Assembly: GCF_006345805.1 (NCBI RefSeq)
Contig: NC_043004.1
Span: forward strand, 83,266,001-83,330,000
Direction of reading: 5' to 3'
DNA: 64,000 bases
DNA from: Octopus sinensis
Lineage: Eukaryota
Part shown: positions 23,343-36,714 of the stretch, piece by piece
How positions within the stretch are numbered: the first letter of the stretch is position 1
How the letters are laid out: each line of letters starts with the position of its first letter
Made by a program: the position numbers and the translations under genes
Notes under the pieces: generated by a model
What the model was told of the DNA's origin: nothing
The model's input: only the letters and a program-made list of their open reading frames with translations
The model's database searches: none

Positions 23343-26300
23343 TCTATATATATAAACGGCAGTTTGTCTGTCTGTGTGTCTGTCAGGTTATACCCTCACC
23401 CTGACCACAGCTTTCAACCGATTCTGATGAAACTTGACACACATAGCCCAATGTCATAATTCAAAATTAACGCAGCGAAAATTTTGAAATGTTCCCCCAG
23501 TTCTGAAAAAAATTGATAAATTCGACATGGGGTCGAGAATCTATAAGCTTTTTATATTCAACACATTTTCTTTTGTAGTTTTCGCAACTTGCAATCGATA
23601 TTCACCAAACTCATGGTGAAGCTTAATGTTACCCTAAGAAACTTAATTCTGATGTTAGTTTTCCATGCAATACCTTACCATCAGAAAAAATCGATAAAAT
23701 CATGCCATTTTGGGAAATCGCGTTCAAATTCAAGATGACATATTTTCGACAATATCTTTCACAAATTGGCAGGACTTTTTTTAAAAAATTCACAGCGAGC
23801 ATCATGCCTGCTCAAAGGACTCTATGACCCTTTTATTCCAAATCATATGTGGCACACATAGAAAACCGATTTGTGTATTAAACACAAAACACAGACTGTC
23901 TAGGGGACGCAACTCGACTTTTTAACTCTCTTACACTCCCAAATAACTATCAAACAGCTATCGATAATTCAACCCAAACAATTCCTACCAAGAAGAAATT
24001 ACATTCGAAACTTTACCCCCAACACCGCCACTTCTGCTAATAGCTGCTGCTGCCGCAAGTTATTCGAATGCTTTTTTTGTTTAAACTTTCTCTATAACTA
24101 CCACCCCAAACGTTTTACCTTCAATTTCTGACGTACCCTAAGGGTCCTCGGACGCTACTTGCAAACTCTTGGTTTATTATAAGCCGCTTTTGTCGTGTGC
24201 ACCAAAAAACCTTTTCCATTCGCTTGTTCAGTTTGGTCACTTTTGACTTTTTCGTTGTTGTCACTCACATTGCTGTCCGCTTTCTTGCCGTTTTTGTACA
24301 TTTTCATAAATTTTGGGATACTTACCGACGTGTTCCTTTTTATTACACCTTTGCCAAACACATTGCTATCCACCTAAATGCCACCCAAGAAGAGAAGGAC
24401 GCTCCTCAGTCCTCGGACGACCAAAACATCGGCTGCTAGGGCTACAAGGGCATGCGAAACCCAAGAGGAAACCGCCTTGCGCCTCTCGCAAAAAGCTTTC
24501 CGTTCTGCCGCTGCTCAGGCATCTGAAACTACTAGCGACCGTTCTACCCGACTTGCAAGGGCCACAGGGTCAATGACAATTGTATGCCAGTTTTGCAAAG
24601 CCAAGAAATGACCCGGAGAGTCACCTGGTTTGTGCTGCTCTGGTGGCAAAGTGGACCTGCCACCGCAAAGACTTTCTTCTCCGTCTCCAAACCATGCTTC
24701 AGGATATCAACAGGTACGTCTGCTGCTAGAGGTATGCCTTGGACAGTGCTCCGTCTCCAAACTTCACCGTTGTCATTGATACCGATAAACGACCCCACAG
24801 GGAGCACGAACGCCGTTTCAACGCACCTGCGTGCAACGAAATTGCCGCAGTCATACACGGAGGGCAACACAACAGCCGTGACATAATCATCTCCTCCCGT
24901 GGTAACAGCCTACGCAGGATCAGCGAGACTCACAGATCTTATGACGCGCTTCAGTATCCATTGCTTTTCCCTTATGGGGAAGACGGCAACCACTTCGGAA
25001 TTCCTTTACGGCAGCCCTCCAATCAAACTACTGCGGCATCAAAGACGGTTTCCTGCAGGGCGTTCTACTCATACCGGTTCATGTTCAGGGAGGGTGAGTT
25101 CAACTTATTGCCCCGTTGTCGTCAGCTATTCAACCAGTTCACCGTCGACATGGCCGCCAAAATGGCGGAAAGGCTGCTATACATTAAACTTTATCAGACC
25201 AAACTTCGCTCCGATTCCTACATTCATCTCCGTGACGGCTTGCAACAAGAAAATGACCCTCGCAACATCGGCAAGCCATGCATTCTACCCTCCACCTTCA
25301 CGGGAGGACCGCGATATATGCGTGAAAGGACCCAAGACGCCTTGACCTACGTGCGCATTTACGGCCGGCCGGACCTCTTTATCACCTACACGTGCAATCC
25401 CAACTGCGACGAAATTACTCGCGATCTCCTCCCGGATCAGAATCACACCCATCGACACGACGTCTTTGCTAGGGATTTCCGTCTGAATTTGGGCAAAATG
25501 ATGGATTTGATAGTTAAGGGTCAGATTTTCGGGCATGTCAGGGGCCACATGCTTTCGGTCGAGGGGCAAAAGAGGGGCTTGCCACATGCTCACGTCTTAA
25601 TTTGGCTAATTAATAAAATCGAGACTAATGACATTGACTAATTCATTTCCGCCGAGATTCCTGACCCCGATGAGGACCCCGAACTGTACGAAATTGTCCT
25701 CAAAACCATGGTACACGGGCCTTGTGGACCAAATTACGCCAACACACCATGCTGCAAAATCGGATTAGCCTGCTCAAAGAGATTCCCTAAACGGTTCACT
25801 TTGGAGACTCAAACAGGCGGCGATGGGTATCCGCTGTACAAACGAAGGAGTCCAGCCAATGGAGGCCGCACGATTACGGTTGGGCGACATCAAGTGGACA
25901 ACAGCTACATTGTCCCCTACTGTCCTCTCCTGTCGAAGATATTCAAAGCCCACGTCAACGTTGAGTCCTGCAGCTCCATCAGGTCAATACAATATGTCTG
26001 CAAATATATCAACAAGGGCAGCGATGCTGCCATGTTCGGCATCCAGAGGACCACCCGTCACGACGAAGTGTCCAACTACTTGGCAGGCCGGTACCTCAGC
26101 AGCAATGAAGCGTTTTGGCGAATTTACGGCTTCCCGCTCGATCAGAGACACCCGGCTGTAGTGCAGCTTGCTGTACACTTGGAAAATGGACAGCGGATTT
26201 ACTTCACAGAGCAAACTGCTGCGCAGGTAGCCACCAACCCTAAAGACACAACGTTGACCGGTTTCTTCAAATTATGCCAACGTGATGACTTCGCTCGAAC

Positions 26301-28451
26301 GCTTTTGTACCCCCAGGTCCCATCGTACTTCGTGTGGTATAACAACACCTGAGTTCGACGGAAATCCGGCAAAAACGTCGAAGGCTTCTCACGTGTCAAG
26401 CTTGACTCCTGCCTGGGTCGAGTTTACAACATCCCGCCAAACCAGCTAGAATGCTTCTACCTCCGTCTCCTTCTACATGAGGTCACTGGTCCAACAGGTT
26501 TCGGCAATATACGTACCGTCAATGGATTCTGTGCGACACCTTCAGGGAAGCATGTATGAGACTTGGCCTTCTAGAGGATGACTCCCAGTGGGACACCACT
26601 ATGGCAGAGGGCGCTTTACTGCAAACGCCTTCGGCCCTACGACATCTTTTCGCAATCCTTCTTCAAAAGTGTCAGCTTAATGACCCACTAAGTCTCTGGA
26701 TGAAATACAGGGATGACATGTCGCAGGACCTCTTACGTACGGCTCAGCAACACTGCCCTTCCGTCGAGATCACGTTCAACAACTTCATTTACAATTTTGC
26801 GCTTATTCAACTCGAAGACGCTGTCATCGATATGGGTGGCCCTGCTTTAACGGAGTACGGCCTTACACCACCCACACGTGAACACGCCAATGTTATGTCT
26901 GCTGAATTGTTACGCGAAACTTCCTACTGCATTGAGGAACTGCACCAGTACGTCCAAGATAATGAACCACGACTGCTTCCAGACCAGCGCATAGCCTACA
27001 ACACCATCTGTCAGACAGCAACATGAGCGAATTTACTTCTTTGACGCACCTGGCGGCACTGGCAAAACCTTCGTGACGAAACTAATTCTGGTGGAGGTCA
27101 GACGCAACACGGACATTGCCCTGGCTGTAGCTTCCTCTGGTATCGCGGCCACGTTGCTTCCGGGTGGCAGAACCTCCCACTCTGCCTTCAGACTCCCGCT
27201 CGATCTGGCAAAGTCCGAGTCACCTATCTGCAACATCGTCAAGACCTCAGAACAGGCCGACATTCTGCGAAGATGAAAACTCATCTTATGGGACGAGTGC
27301 AATATAGCACACAAAGGTGCCCTTGAGGCACTGGACAGGTCCCTGCAAGACATCAGAGACTCTATGGCCCCATGAGAGGATTGACTTTACTTCTTTCTGG
27401 AGACTTCAGGCAGACTCTACTTGTTATTCCAAAAGGAACCCGTGCCGATGCTGTACGCGCGTGTCTTAAGTCGTCAGCTCTTTGGGCACATGTGCGGCCC
27501 TTGCACCTCCAAATTAACATGCGCGCGCAGTTGAGTGGTGACAGCGGATCCGCTGCATTCTCCAGGGATCTTTTATTGCTCGGTGAAAATAGGATGCCGG
27601 CTGATGCGGATGGCTGCGTTCAATTGGACTCACTTTGCACCACTGTCGACACCCCTGCTAGCTTCCGGGATGCTGTCTTCCACGACCTACAAAACAATTT
27701 ACGCGACCTAAAATGGCTGGCAGGCAGAGCTATTTCGCACCCAAAAATACAACCGTTATCTCCATCAATATCCAGCTACTTGAAGCTATTCCTGGTGATG
27801 TCCAGGTCTACAAATCTATAGATAGGACAGCAGACCCCGCCGAGCTTGCCGATTATCCTGTTGAATTCCTGAATTCACTTGAACCGCCAGGCCTGCCGCC
27901 ACACATCCTGAAGTTAAAAGTCGGTGCGCCCATTATGCTCATCAGGAATATGGTTCCACCTAAACAGGGCAACGGCACACGTCTGGTTGTGAAGCATTTG
28001 GCACCACATTTAATAACGGTCACAATACTTACCGGTTGTGGGAAGGGAGAGGATGTCTTCATTCCACGCATGCACCTTCAACCGTCGGGCGCTGACCTAC
28101 CAATCTACTTCAGGCGTTCTCAGTTTCCTGTTAAACTCTGCTTCGCAATGTCCATCAATAATTCCCAAGGCGAAACGCTACAAGTCGCTGGGTTACATTT
28201 GGGCGAACAGTGCTTCGCCACGGTCAACTCTACGTGGGCTGTTCACGCGTTGGGAGGGACAATGATGTTTTCATGTTTTCGCACAAAGGGACAGCTAGGA
28301 ACATCGTATACACAGAAGTATTCGAGTGAAGAGAAGACATTGCAACCTACACTTGCGCCTTCGTTCCCTAGAGGGAAAGGACTAGATTGGGATTAGTCGT
28401 TGCCTACTAGGGGCGTTTACATACCCGGGCAACGCCGGGCTATGCTGCTAG
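23343..28451 (+). mobile_element. Helitron copy 1 (5.1 kb, internally deleted)
   Basis: A|TC 5' end at 23343. 3' hairpin cccgggcaacgccggg plus CTAG|T at 28448-28451. Colinear with copy 2. Confidence 0.95.
24378..28329 (+). pseudogene. Rep/PIF1-helicase pseudogene of Helitron 1
   Basis: Rep motifs GRPDLFITYTCNP, QKRGLPHAH and KYINKG; helicase motifs DAPGGTGKT, WDEC and FAMSINNSQG. Several frameshifts and stops. Confidence 0.95.
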
Positions 28452-30639
28452 TATATACATATATATATATATATGGTTTGCGTATGTATGTATGTAACGT
28501 ATATATATGTGTGTGTCTAGGTTTAGTTGCTTGGATATAAGCATAACGTGGTTTGCTGTAGGAAAAATGAAAATGGTTATACACCTGTCTATACCCGTGT
28601 GTGTTGGTGTGTATATAGTAGTGTGTAGATACTTACGGCTACTTTTCTTTAAACATGTTATCAACGTCCTAAACATCCTCTCTGTTTTTTCTTAGAGCTG
28701 GAATCAAAGCGCCTTTTGGGGTTTTGAAAGTAAAACTTACTAACAGAGTGTAATCAGTCAAAGTCACTCAAGTGAGTGCGGCTGAGTTCCATTATGAAAA
28801 TGAAAATGCTGCAACCGATGAAATCCGAAGCTTTCTGCCCAAAGAATTTCTTATACGATTTTCTTATGCGAGAAGACATTTATAGAAGGTGATATGCGAA
28901 GAGTCGAAACTGAATCTACATAGCTGTCAGGCAAAATTAACCATACCAGCGTTTTCTAGTAAGGAGGTTACAAATGCTGAAATATTACTATAAAACGGAA
29001 GGTTTTAATACATCAACGCTAGTAATTTTGATGGGAGGGGAAGTTGATTACATCGAACTTTGTGCACAACTGGTACTTATTTATCGAACGTAAAAGATAA
29101 AATGTAAAATTTGCAGCCTTGGTATTTTAACTCAAAACAAAGAGATTTGTCGAGTACGCTATCAATTCCGCTACATTTCTACAGTGTGTAAATGGTTTCA
29201 AATTTTGTTCCGAAACCAATAATTTCGAGGAGAGTTTCACATCGATTAGATATACACCAACTTATACATGTACTTAATGAAAACTCTATCTAAATAACGG
29301 CCACGAAGGTACTGCATGGAGAATTGAAAACGAAATTACAGAGCTGTCGATCGAATTAAAACTATATGACCGTGCTATGCTTCATATAAGTTTGAGGTAA
29401 GAGCTACTAAACTATTGGTTTCAAATTTGGTACAAGGCCAGCAATTTCGTGGGAGGAGGTAAATTCATTACCTGAACCCCAGTGCTCAACTTCTACTTAT
29501 TTTATAGACACCAAAAGGATGAAAGATTAAGTCGACCTCAGTGATATATCAAAATGAAGACGGACGAAATGGCATCAAGTACTTTGCCCGACGTTTTAAC
29601 AATTCTACTAACTGCTGCTGTAGAGACACTGAAATATTAGCAATTGAAAATATGAAACATGTTGAGAAAACGACTACTGGTGGATCTATATAATAAGACA
29701 TTATAAAAAACGGCCATTCCCCACAAAAATAATAACAAACACGCCGACAGAAAGGAAAGCAGTGATAGCAAGTAAAACAAACTCTGAGAACAGAATGAAT
29801 GCATAAATTCATATATATCTAACGAAAACATTCGTTAATAATAAACGAGGAATCTGTTTACACTAAGGGCTATCTTGTTTATTTAAAAATTATAATATTC
29901 AAATGATGGTATGATACCAATAGAATGTAATTATATAAAGACTGGTGAGAAAATGTCTGTAATGAATAAATGACATAGAGGAATTTGAAGTTTAGAGTAA
30001 GATTTTCATTTCCTATAAGCATTTCATAATCATTAGAGTAAATATTTATTAGCAAATAATAATATCGGAAATTGTAATGGTCAACGATACATGGTGAGTG
30101 TAAGTGGCTGGCAATGAAAGAGACGCTTTATATGGCTGCCTAAATGACTTATGTAATAAGTGTGGAAGGTAAATTTTCTAGGAACCAAATGTGGTAATCT
30201 ATAAACATACACCTGCAACGAAGAACAATGTCAGGTGTTAGAAAAAAGAACAAAAACAGAAAACAATTCAGACCAAAGATTTTAAAATACAGAAATTATC
30301 TGCTAATTGTAATTAAAATATTTCCCCACTGCTATTCTACACACCGTATGCAGCATGTTGGATAATTTTTATTATAAAATACAAAGCAAAATTTATAACG
30401 TAATATACAAGTGTCAACAGGTGATGGAAAAGAAGTAAAAATGATTGATGCTTAAATTGTGACTGTGCAACAAAGAAATAATTACAGGGACATTAACGGA
30501 GAAACATCAATAATGAATAATTTAACTGCACTACGTGACATGCAAAGACTGAAAAAGGAAAGCTTTTCTCAAAGGAACAGAGACTCAAATCCAGTGAAAT
30601 ATTCTTTTCTACTCTATGTACAAGGCCCAAAATATTTGG

Positions 30640-31000
30640 GGAGGGCTCCAGATTAGATCGACCCCAGTACGCAACTGGTAATTAAATTATTGGCCCCGAA
30701 GGGAGGAAAGGCAAAGTTGACCTCGGCAGAATTTGAACTCAGAACGTAAAAACAGACGAAGTACCTATTTCTTTACTACCCACAAGGGGCTAAACACAGA
30801 GAGGACAAACAAGGACAGACAAACGGATTAAGTCGATTATATCGACTCCAGTGCGTACTGGTACTTAATTTATCGACCCCGAAAGGATGAAAGGCAAAGT
30901 CGACCTCGGCAGGATTTGAACTCACGACGTAGCGGCAGAGGAAATACCGCTAAGCATTTCGCCCGCGTGCTAACGATTCTGCCAGGTCGTCGCCTTAACT
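30640..31000 (-). mobile_element. SINE family B (compound copy)
   Basis: Same structure as 3990-4235 and 18857-19260. Confidence 0.8.
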
Positions 31001-31280
31001 TCAGTAAAATATTAGCTGTAATAGGAAGACTTGGAAGTGAATAAGTAACACTTAACATTCATACACTGTTGTTATAAACCGAGAGTAGAAGACATCTCAC
31101 CTAATGTCTCATAAAATATTATTAACGTCTTCAGAGAAGGAAGACACCCAACGAATAGCCACTGTTGAGTAATGTTGTTTCAGACGTCTATCGGGAATAT
31201 ATTTGTTAGAACACTGCCCTTTCCACTCAACTGTGGTGACATCATTGGTATGTATTTACATATGTACCAGTTATAGAAGC

Positions 31281-31685
31281 TCATAAGCGTCCGTACTCCG
31301 TTTTCTTTAACTTAATCAAAGGCTTTTGATGTAGCAAATTATGGAATGAAGTGATACTAAAATACGGTATCACATTCAACACAACTGCAAGAAAACCGAT
31401 GTGTTGTGTCACCTTTACGCTACTTAATTCAAATAGGAACAAGGGTGTTCCTATATACCAATCTCCCTCCCAGCAAAGCAAGCTGTCATTCTCGGAATAT
31501 TCCGGTATGGAGTTCATATACCATATTTCCCAGATTTCACGGTATTCTATTCCCCTCATTTGTTCTAAAGTTTTGATTATATTGGAAAATAAAATTGAAT
31601 ATGTATATGATGCCACTCTTAATGCATTTTCTGCTGTATAATAATTTACTATTATTGACATTATCAATGATGCATAATAGAAGTC
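31281..31685 (-). other. Orphan open frame of 134 codons behind a splice-acceptor-like site; unknown, possibly an exon
   Basis: tttgttttaattag|GAC followed by DFYYASLIMSIIVNYY...WEGDWYIGTPLFLF...HIGFLAVVLNVIPYF. No family recognised. Confidence 0.3.
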
Positions 31686-32113
31686 CTAATTAAAACAAAT
31701 GTATTGCATCAAAAGGCAAAAAGCCAGAACAGGTTACTGCCATGTTTGCTCATGCTGTAATGCTAGAAAATTAAAAGCATTGTTATTTCTGCGCAACTTA
31801 ATGTGATATAAATCAAATAAAAATCAACAGATACACTGTCAGGCAAAATGCGCTTGGGCAAATTATGTACGTTTCATTAGATGGGCGTATAACGATCATC
31901 GTGAAGGTCCTTGGGTCACTTGCTAGAGTGTCGAACTCAGAATCATGAGATATTAGTTCGATTCCCGTCAGGGTTGTGTTTTGTGTTCTTGAGCCGGACA
32001 CTTTATTACCCGTTGCTCCAGTTCTCTTTGTTGCTTCTAATACATTGGCCGCCAAATTCTAACTTTTTTCTAAGTTTGACCTAAGTTTGAAACCGGTTTG
32101 TGTATAATGTGGT

Positions 32114-32990
32114 ATCACTGAGTTTAAAAATGGCAATAGTTTATTTCCATCACGTCAAGTTGTTTTTATTTTTTATGGGCTGGCACATATTGGCCCCACT
32201 CGTAGCTCCATGTTCTTGAAATTTCTCAAAAATTGGGAACAAAAACTCTGGCCAGTCAAGAAAGGTTTGACTGTTCGGGAGAAGAATATCATATACGAAC
32301 CACCTGTTGAGCACGTGAAAATCATCTTCTCACCACTATTAATGTGGAAGGTAACTTTCAAATTCATATGTGCATTTCTTGGCCTAAATCGTGATAAAAT
32401 AATGGCTGATGGTTATGATAGGCCAGAATATCTCGAGCTCAATGACCGACGAGAAAAAAGATCATGGACTTCATTTGTGGCTGTTGTGAAAGGATATGAG
32501 ATGGGGGTGAAACGGCTGCAGACTTCACAGTTTTGGAGGAGACATCACTTAGTGTCTTTCATCTTTTAGGCTGCAACATGAGCATAAAGCTTCATTTCCT
32601 CAATAGTCATCTTGATGAGTGTCCTGCTAATCTTAGAGGCGTAAGTGATGAGCTTGGTCAGTGTTGTCCTCAAGCAAGATTATGGAGGAGAACTATCAAG
32701 GCCCATGGAACGCACACACGACGAGAAACTACTGTTGGAGCACACAAAGAGGTTGTGTAGACATGAGGCATACCAGACATTCTCGTTAGTGGAAATTTGT
32801 TCCATGTATATAAAGCTATGAGTAATGATGGATTGCGTTTTGTCCATCATATTAGAGAATGTATTTAGTAAAAGGAGATGTTATATTACATTTCATTTCT
32901 TATTTCATAATCTTTGATATTATAATTTGAGATTTGAAGCGATAAGACTTGGCCAAGTAAATTATTTATACAGTACATCATAAAGAAAAG
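32114..32990 (+). mobile_element. Decayed DNA transposon, Chapaev3-like (CMC)
   Basis: WPVKKGLTVREKNIIYEPPV...LGCNMSIKLHFLNSHLDECPANLRGVSDELG and a CACTG-type start. The superfamily is assigned from motif memory. Confidence 0.6.
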
Positions 32991-34000
32991 GGATATGCTA
33001 TAGCATGAAAACCTAATATGTTAGAAACCAACGGGTGCCATCTTTGAGATCACCATCTCAAAATAAGCTAAAAGCAACTAAAAGCAACAAAAATATCACA
33101 AAAAATGTGATATTGCTTCTCTGTCCGAACAGATTCCTGCCGTCTGCAATCTCTCGCTAGTAGCTAAAGTATATAGCAGTGGTCTTGCTCAGAAAATGTT
33201 CGGGAGAGGGAGACGGGGAGATTGGAAATGTAGGGGAGATATTTCTGCAACCTCTTCCCCTTTATCCTGTGGTAAAACTGAGAAGGGTATAGGGAAATGT
33301 ACAGAAGAAGGCCGCACACCGTTCTTCTGGGGGAGGAGGCGTTGCTCTCCTTTTTTCTGGCTAGTAAGTAATGTTAGTTATCAGCATAAAATATTTTAAA
33401 ATCTCTATCCAAGTATAATTACTGACATTTGATTTAAAATAGAAATGTCCAGTGTTAATAAGTCGAGTTGCACCACGAATATTAGAAATAGGTAATATCA
33501 GATAACAACATAGATAGTATTTTTCAATCCATATCCAACAATAAATACTCACATCGGATTTATATGTGAAACATCAAGTGTTAATAGGACGAGTTGTTTC
33601 AAAAATATTCAAAATATGTATTGAAATTTTATCAAGATATGACATTTTGAATCCCTATCCAGTAGAAATAGTCATATCTGATTTAAGTATGAAATATCGA
33701 ATGTACTCTACTTAATGTTATTAACTCCGTTCCACAAACAATTATTTGAATAACTCATGTCGGTGTCTCTAACTTATGTCACAGGTATCTAGAACTTTAA
33801 AATTTATAAAGTTTATCATATAAATTGAAAGATATCCAACAGTGTATATTGCTTAATGAACCGAATGAATGACATCAATGTAATAAGAAGTTTTACTGAG
33901 GCTATAGTAGAAGACACATGCCCAAGGTGCTATGCAGTGGGACTGAACCTGGAACCATGTGATTGGTAAGCAAGCTACTTACCACGCAGCCATGCCTGTG

Positions 34001-34044
<44 letters not shown>

Positions 34045-34662
34045 CAGTCTGGTACTTATTCAATTAGTCTCTTTAGCCAAACTGCTAAGTTATGGGGACA
34101 TGAACTAACAAACACTGGCTGACAAGTATATGACAGACTCCCACAGTTTCTGTCTACCAAATTTATTCACAAGACATTAGTCAGCCTGAGGCTACAGAAG
34201 GAGACACTTGCCCAAGGTGCCATGCAGCAGGACTGAACCCCAAACCAATATGCGTGTGAAGACCTTTCGTTATTTAGAAACGACTCCGTTTCTTTTTCTT
34301 CTTAAAATTACATAAGTCGTGTGTAAGATCGAATTTTAAGATTTACATTATAGTAATTCCCGTTCTTCGCGGAGACCCCTTGCTTATGCAGGGGATGCAA
34401 CGGTCTAGCGCCAGTCTTATAGTTAAAAAAATTATGGTTTATGGTTAAAATTAGAGTTAGTATTTAGCGAGTATGGTGTTATTGTAAATATTTATCAAAC
34501 TTTTATCCAGTCACAAATATGTTTATCAGCAACAAACCCTTTCCGTGAAAGTGTTGGTGTGAATGCGCGCACGACAGGACCGTACACAGAAAAGTACTTC
34601 TACCATACCTTGCTGTCAATTGATTAAATTAATTCCAAGAACATGCTACAAGTGTGTGTGTA

Positions 34663-34694
<32 letters not shown>

Positions 34695-35216
34695 TGGGAT
34701 TGGTGGGGGCAGGTTGGTGCGCAATAAGAACATTTACGGAAAGGATTCTGGAAGGGATCGATTCCACACGGTAAAGATTGACCATCGGAGGAATCAAGTT
34801 GAGGGGATGTATACATGAAAAACAAGAGAAAGCAAAAAAATGGAGGATGCACGAGCAGATGCCTCCCTAGAGCCTCGAACACATCTTACATTATTATACA
34901 GAAATAAACACCGATGAATGGCAAAAACAGTAGAATATTATTTAATTCTGTCTCTAAGTTTAGACCTCTTATATTAATCGTCCCTTTATTAGCCTCAGCG
35001 GTTTCATATAAATATTGGTGAGAAATGCACGTATATAACAACCCCACTATGAGGAGACCCCCCCCCAACGAAAAATAATGAAAGCTACGAAAATTACACT
35101 CATTTATGAGCGGGTATGTAAAGGTATGTGTGTGTGTGTATAAATATATATGTATATATATGTATGCAATTTAATGTAAAAAAGAAAAAATATATACATA
35201 CACACACAAACATATA

Positions 35217-35285
<69 letters not shown>

Positions 35286-35418
35286 AGAACAGCTGAGCTT
35301 ACATGTATTGTATAGCTGCGAATATCAGCAGAAGCCGTGTTATTTAAAGTAACAGACCGAATTTGTTTATAATCATCACGAAAATCATCATAATCTCCTT
35401 TTGTTGTTGTTGTTATAA

Positions 35419-35482
<64 letters not shown>

Positions 35483-35652
35483 TGTAGTAGTAGCAGCAGC
35501 AGCACTGTTCCAGTAGTATAAATAAAGAAAAAGCATAAAAGCAGTAGTTGTTTTATGCGTTTAGAAATATTCGTATAAGGAAAGAAATCAATTTTTTTAA
35601 AATAAAAATACTGTTCAAACGAAAGCGGAAGCCGAAGAAATAGAAGGAAAGA

Positions 35653-35660
35653 TATATAAG
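35653..35660 (+). promoter_or_regulatory. Candidate TATA box (tatataag) of the secreted-protein gene
   Basis: About 70 nt upstream of the ATG at 35728, in non-microsatellite context. Confidence 0.4.
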
Positions 35661-35727
35661 GGTGTGTTACTATAACAGTGGGTTACTTGAAGTTATATGT
35701 TATAGTAGAACTCCACCTTTGGTGAAG

Positions 35728-36714
35728 ATGATGAAAGTAAACATCCCTTGCTTGATGGGTTATATTTTAGCAATTATCGTGCTGGTCGTCGTTGTTAGAG
35801 GTAAAAAGGACACTGAAATTCCCAAAAAGTCGCAAATTCAGAAATGTATGGTGTTGGCTCGGAAGCGAAGACTTAAAGGTCTCGATAAGGATGAAGGAAA
35901 AAGATTAGTTTGTAAACCGTCATATAACCTGACCATTGATTGTATAATAAAAAACAGCTTAAAGTCCAAGCATCCGTTAGACATTTCAGTGCGAAATTCC
36001 ACAAGTATGGCACGTTGGAAAGAATCTAACAAGTATCTGTGTAACCAGTATCGCCGTGTAAATGAAGACAAGGAGCCATGCGCAAGCAGTTCAATGGAAT
36101 GTATGAAGATTTTAAACATGCATATTTATACCTGGTGTCGCCCGGATACTCGCTGCTTCTATGAAAAAATACATAATTGCAGTGAATTCGTCGCTATAAT
36201 TTGGGCGAAATACGTCCTTTTGGGCAAAAGCAACGTTTGTATTGTATCGGATCAATATTTTCAGTTATATCCATTATATGGACCTGAATTAAAATGTTAT
36301 CCGATTACCAATGTAGATGTTCACGCGACATTGGATAGGGTATACAGAGATTTCTGCGCACGTTTTCAGTTTCGCGGAACCCTTGAATGTATACGTGATG
36401 AAGTTGGGAAATTATCTTCTGCGGATTTAGATGATAATAAATCTGATTATATCCTTAAAGCTGTGAAATTTGCACGTGGCCGGAATAGTCTCTGTAAGAA
36501 TCTGAAGGATTTGCCGGCAAAAACTTGCAATATTATTCAAGAAGATATTACAAAAACTTGCCTGAAGAAGCTGTATTACACACATCGGAAACAAGAAAAA
36601 TCTTTATCGGATTCGGTAGAAATATATGCAAAATGCATACAAAAGCAATACAAGCAGTGTGACGTGAACTTAGCTCGACTTATTGGAAAAAACATTCGAT
36701 CATATAACAAGTAG
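35728..36714 (+). CDS. Intronless secreted cysteine-rich protein (328 aa), family unknown
   Basis: Signal peptide MMKVNIPCLMGYILAIIVLVVVVRG, 18 Cys in the mature chain, an RKRR site, and a 987-nt intact ORF. The track start at 35662 is GTG. Confidence 0.85.
   Translation: MMKVNIPCLMGYILAIIVLVVVVRGKKDTEIPKKSQIQKCMVLARKRRLKGLDKDEGKRLVCKPSYNLTIDCIIKNSLKSKHPLDISVRNSTSMARWKESNKYLCNQYRRVNEDKEPCASSSMECMKILNMHIYTWCRPDTRCFYEKIHNCSEFVAIIWAKYVLLGKSNVCIVSDQYFQLYPLYGPELKCYPITNVDVHATLDRVYRDFCARFQFRGTLECIRDEVGKLSSADLDDNKSDYILKAVKFARGRNSLCKNLKDLPAKTCNIIQEDITKTCLKKLYYTHRKQEKSLSDSVEIYAKCIQKQYKQCDVNLARLIGKNIRSYNK

Noticed and set aside
28637-28810. Two minus-strand GTAAGT donors (28636 and 28740) as GRL-B exons
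   Set aside because: The implied exons are not phase 0-0 or contain in-frame stops; they could only be non-coding.
29610-30600. Possible decayed first exon of GRL-B (LLLTNVFVRYI*IYAF versus GRL-A LELTNDLFQNYFGYF; about 1 kb long; GTTAGT donor-like site near 29610)
   Set aside because: The best frame has more than a dozen stops, the spacing of the similar patches does not match GRL-A, and T-rich DNA gives hydrophobic translations by chance. A tblastn or exonerate test would be decisive.
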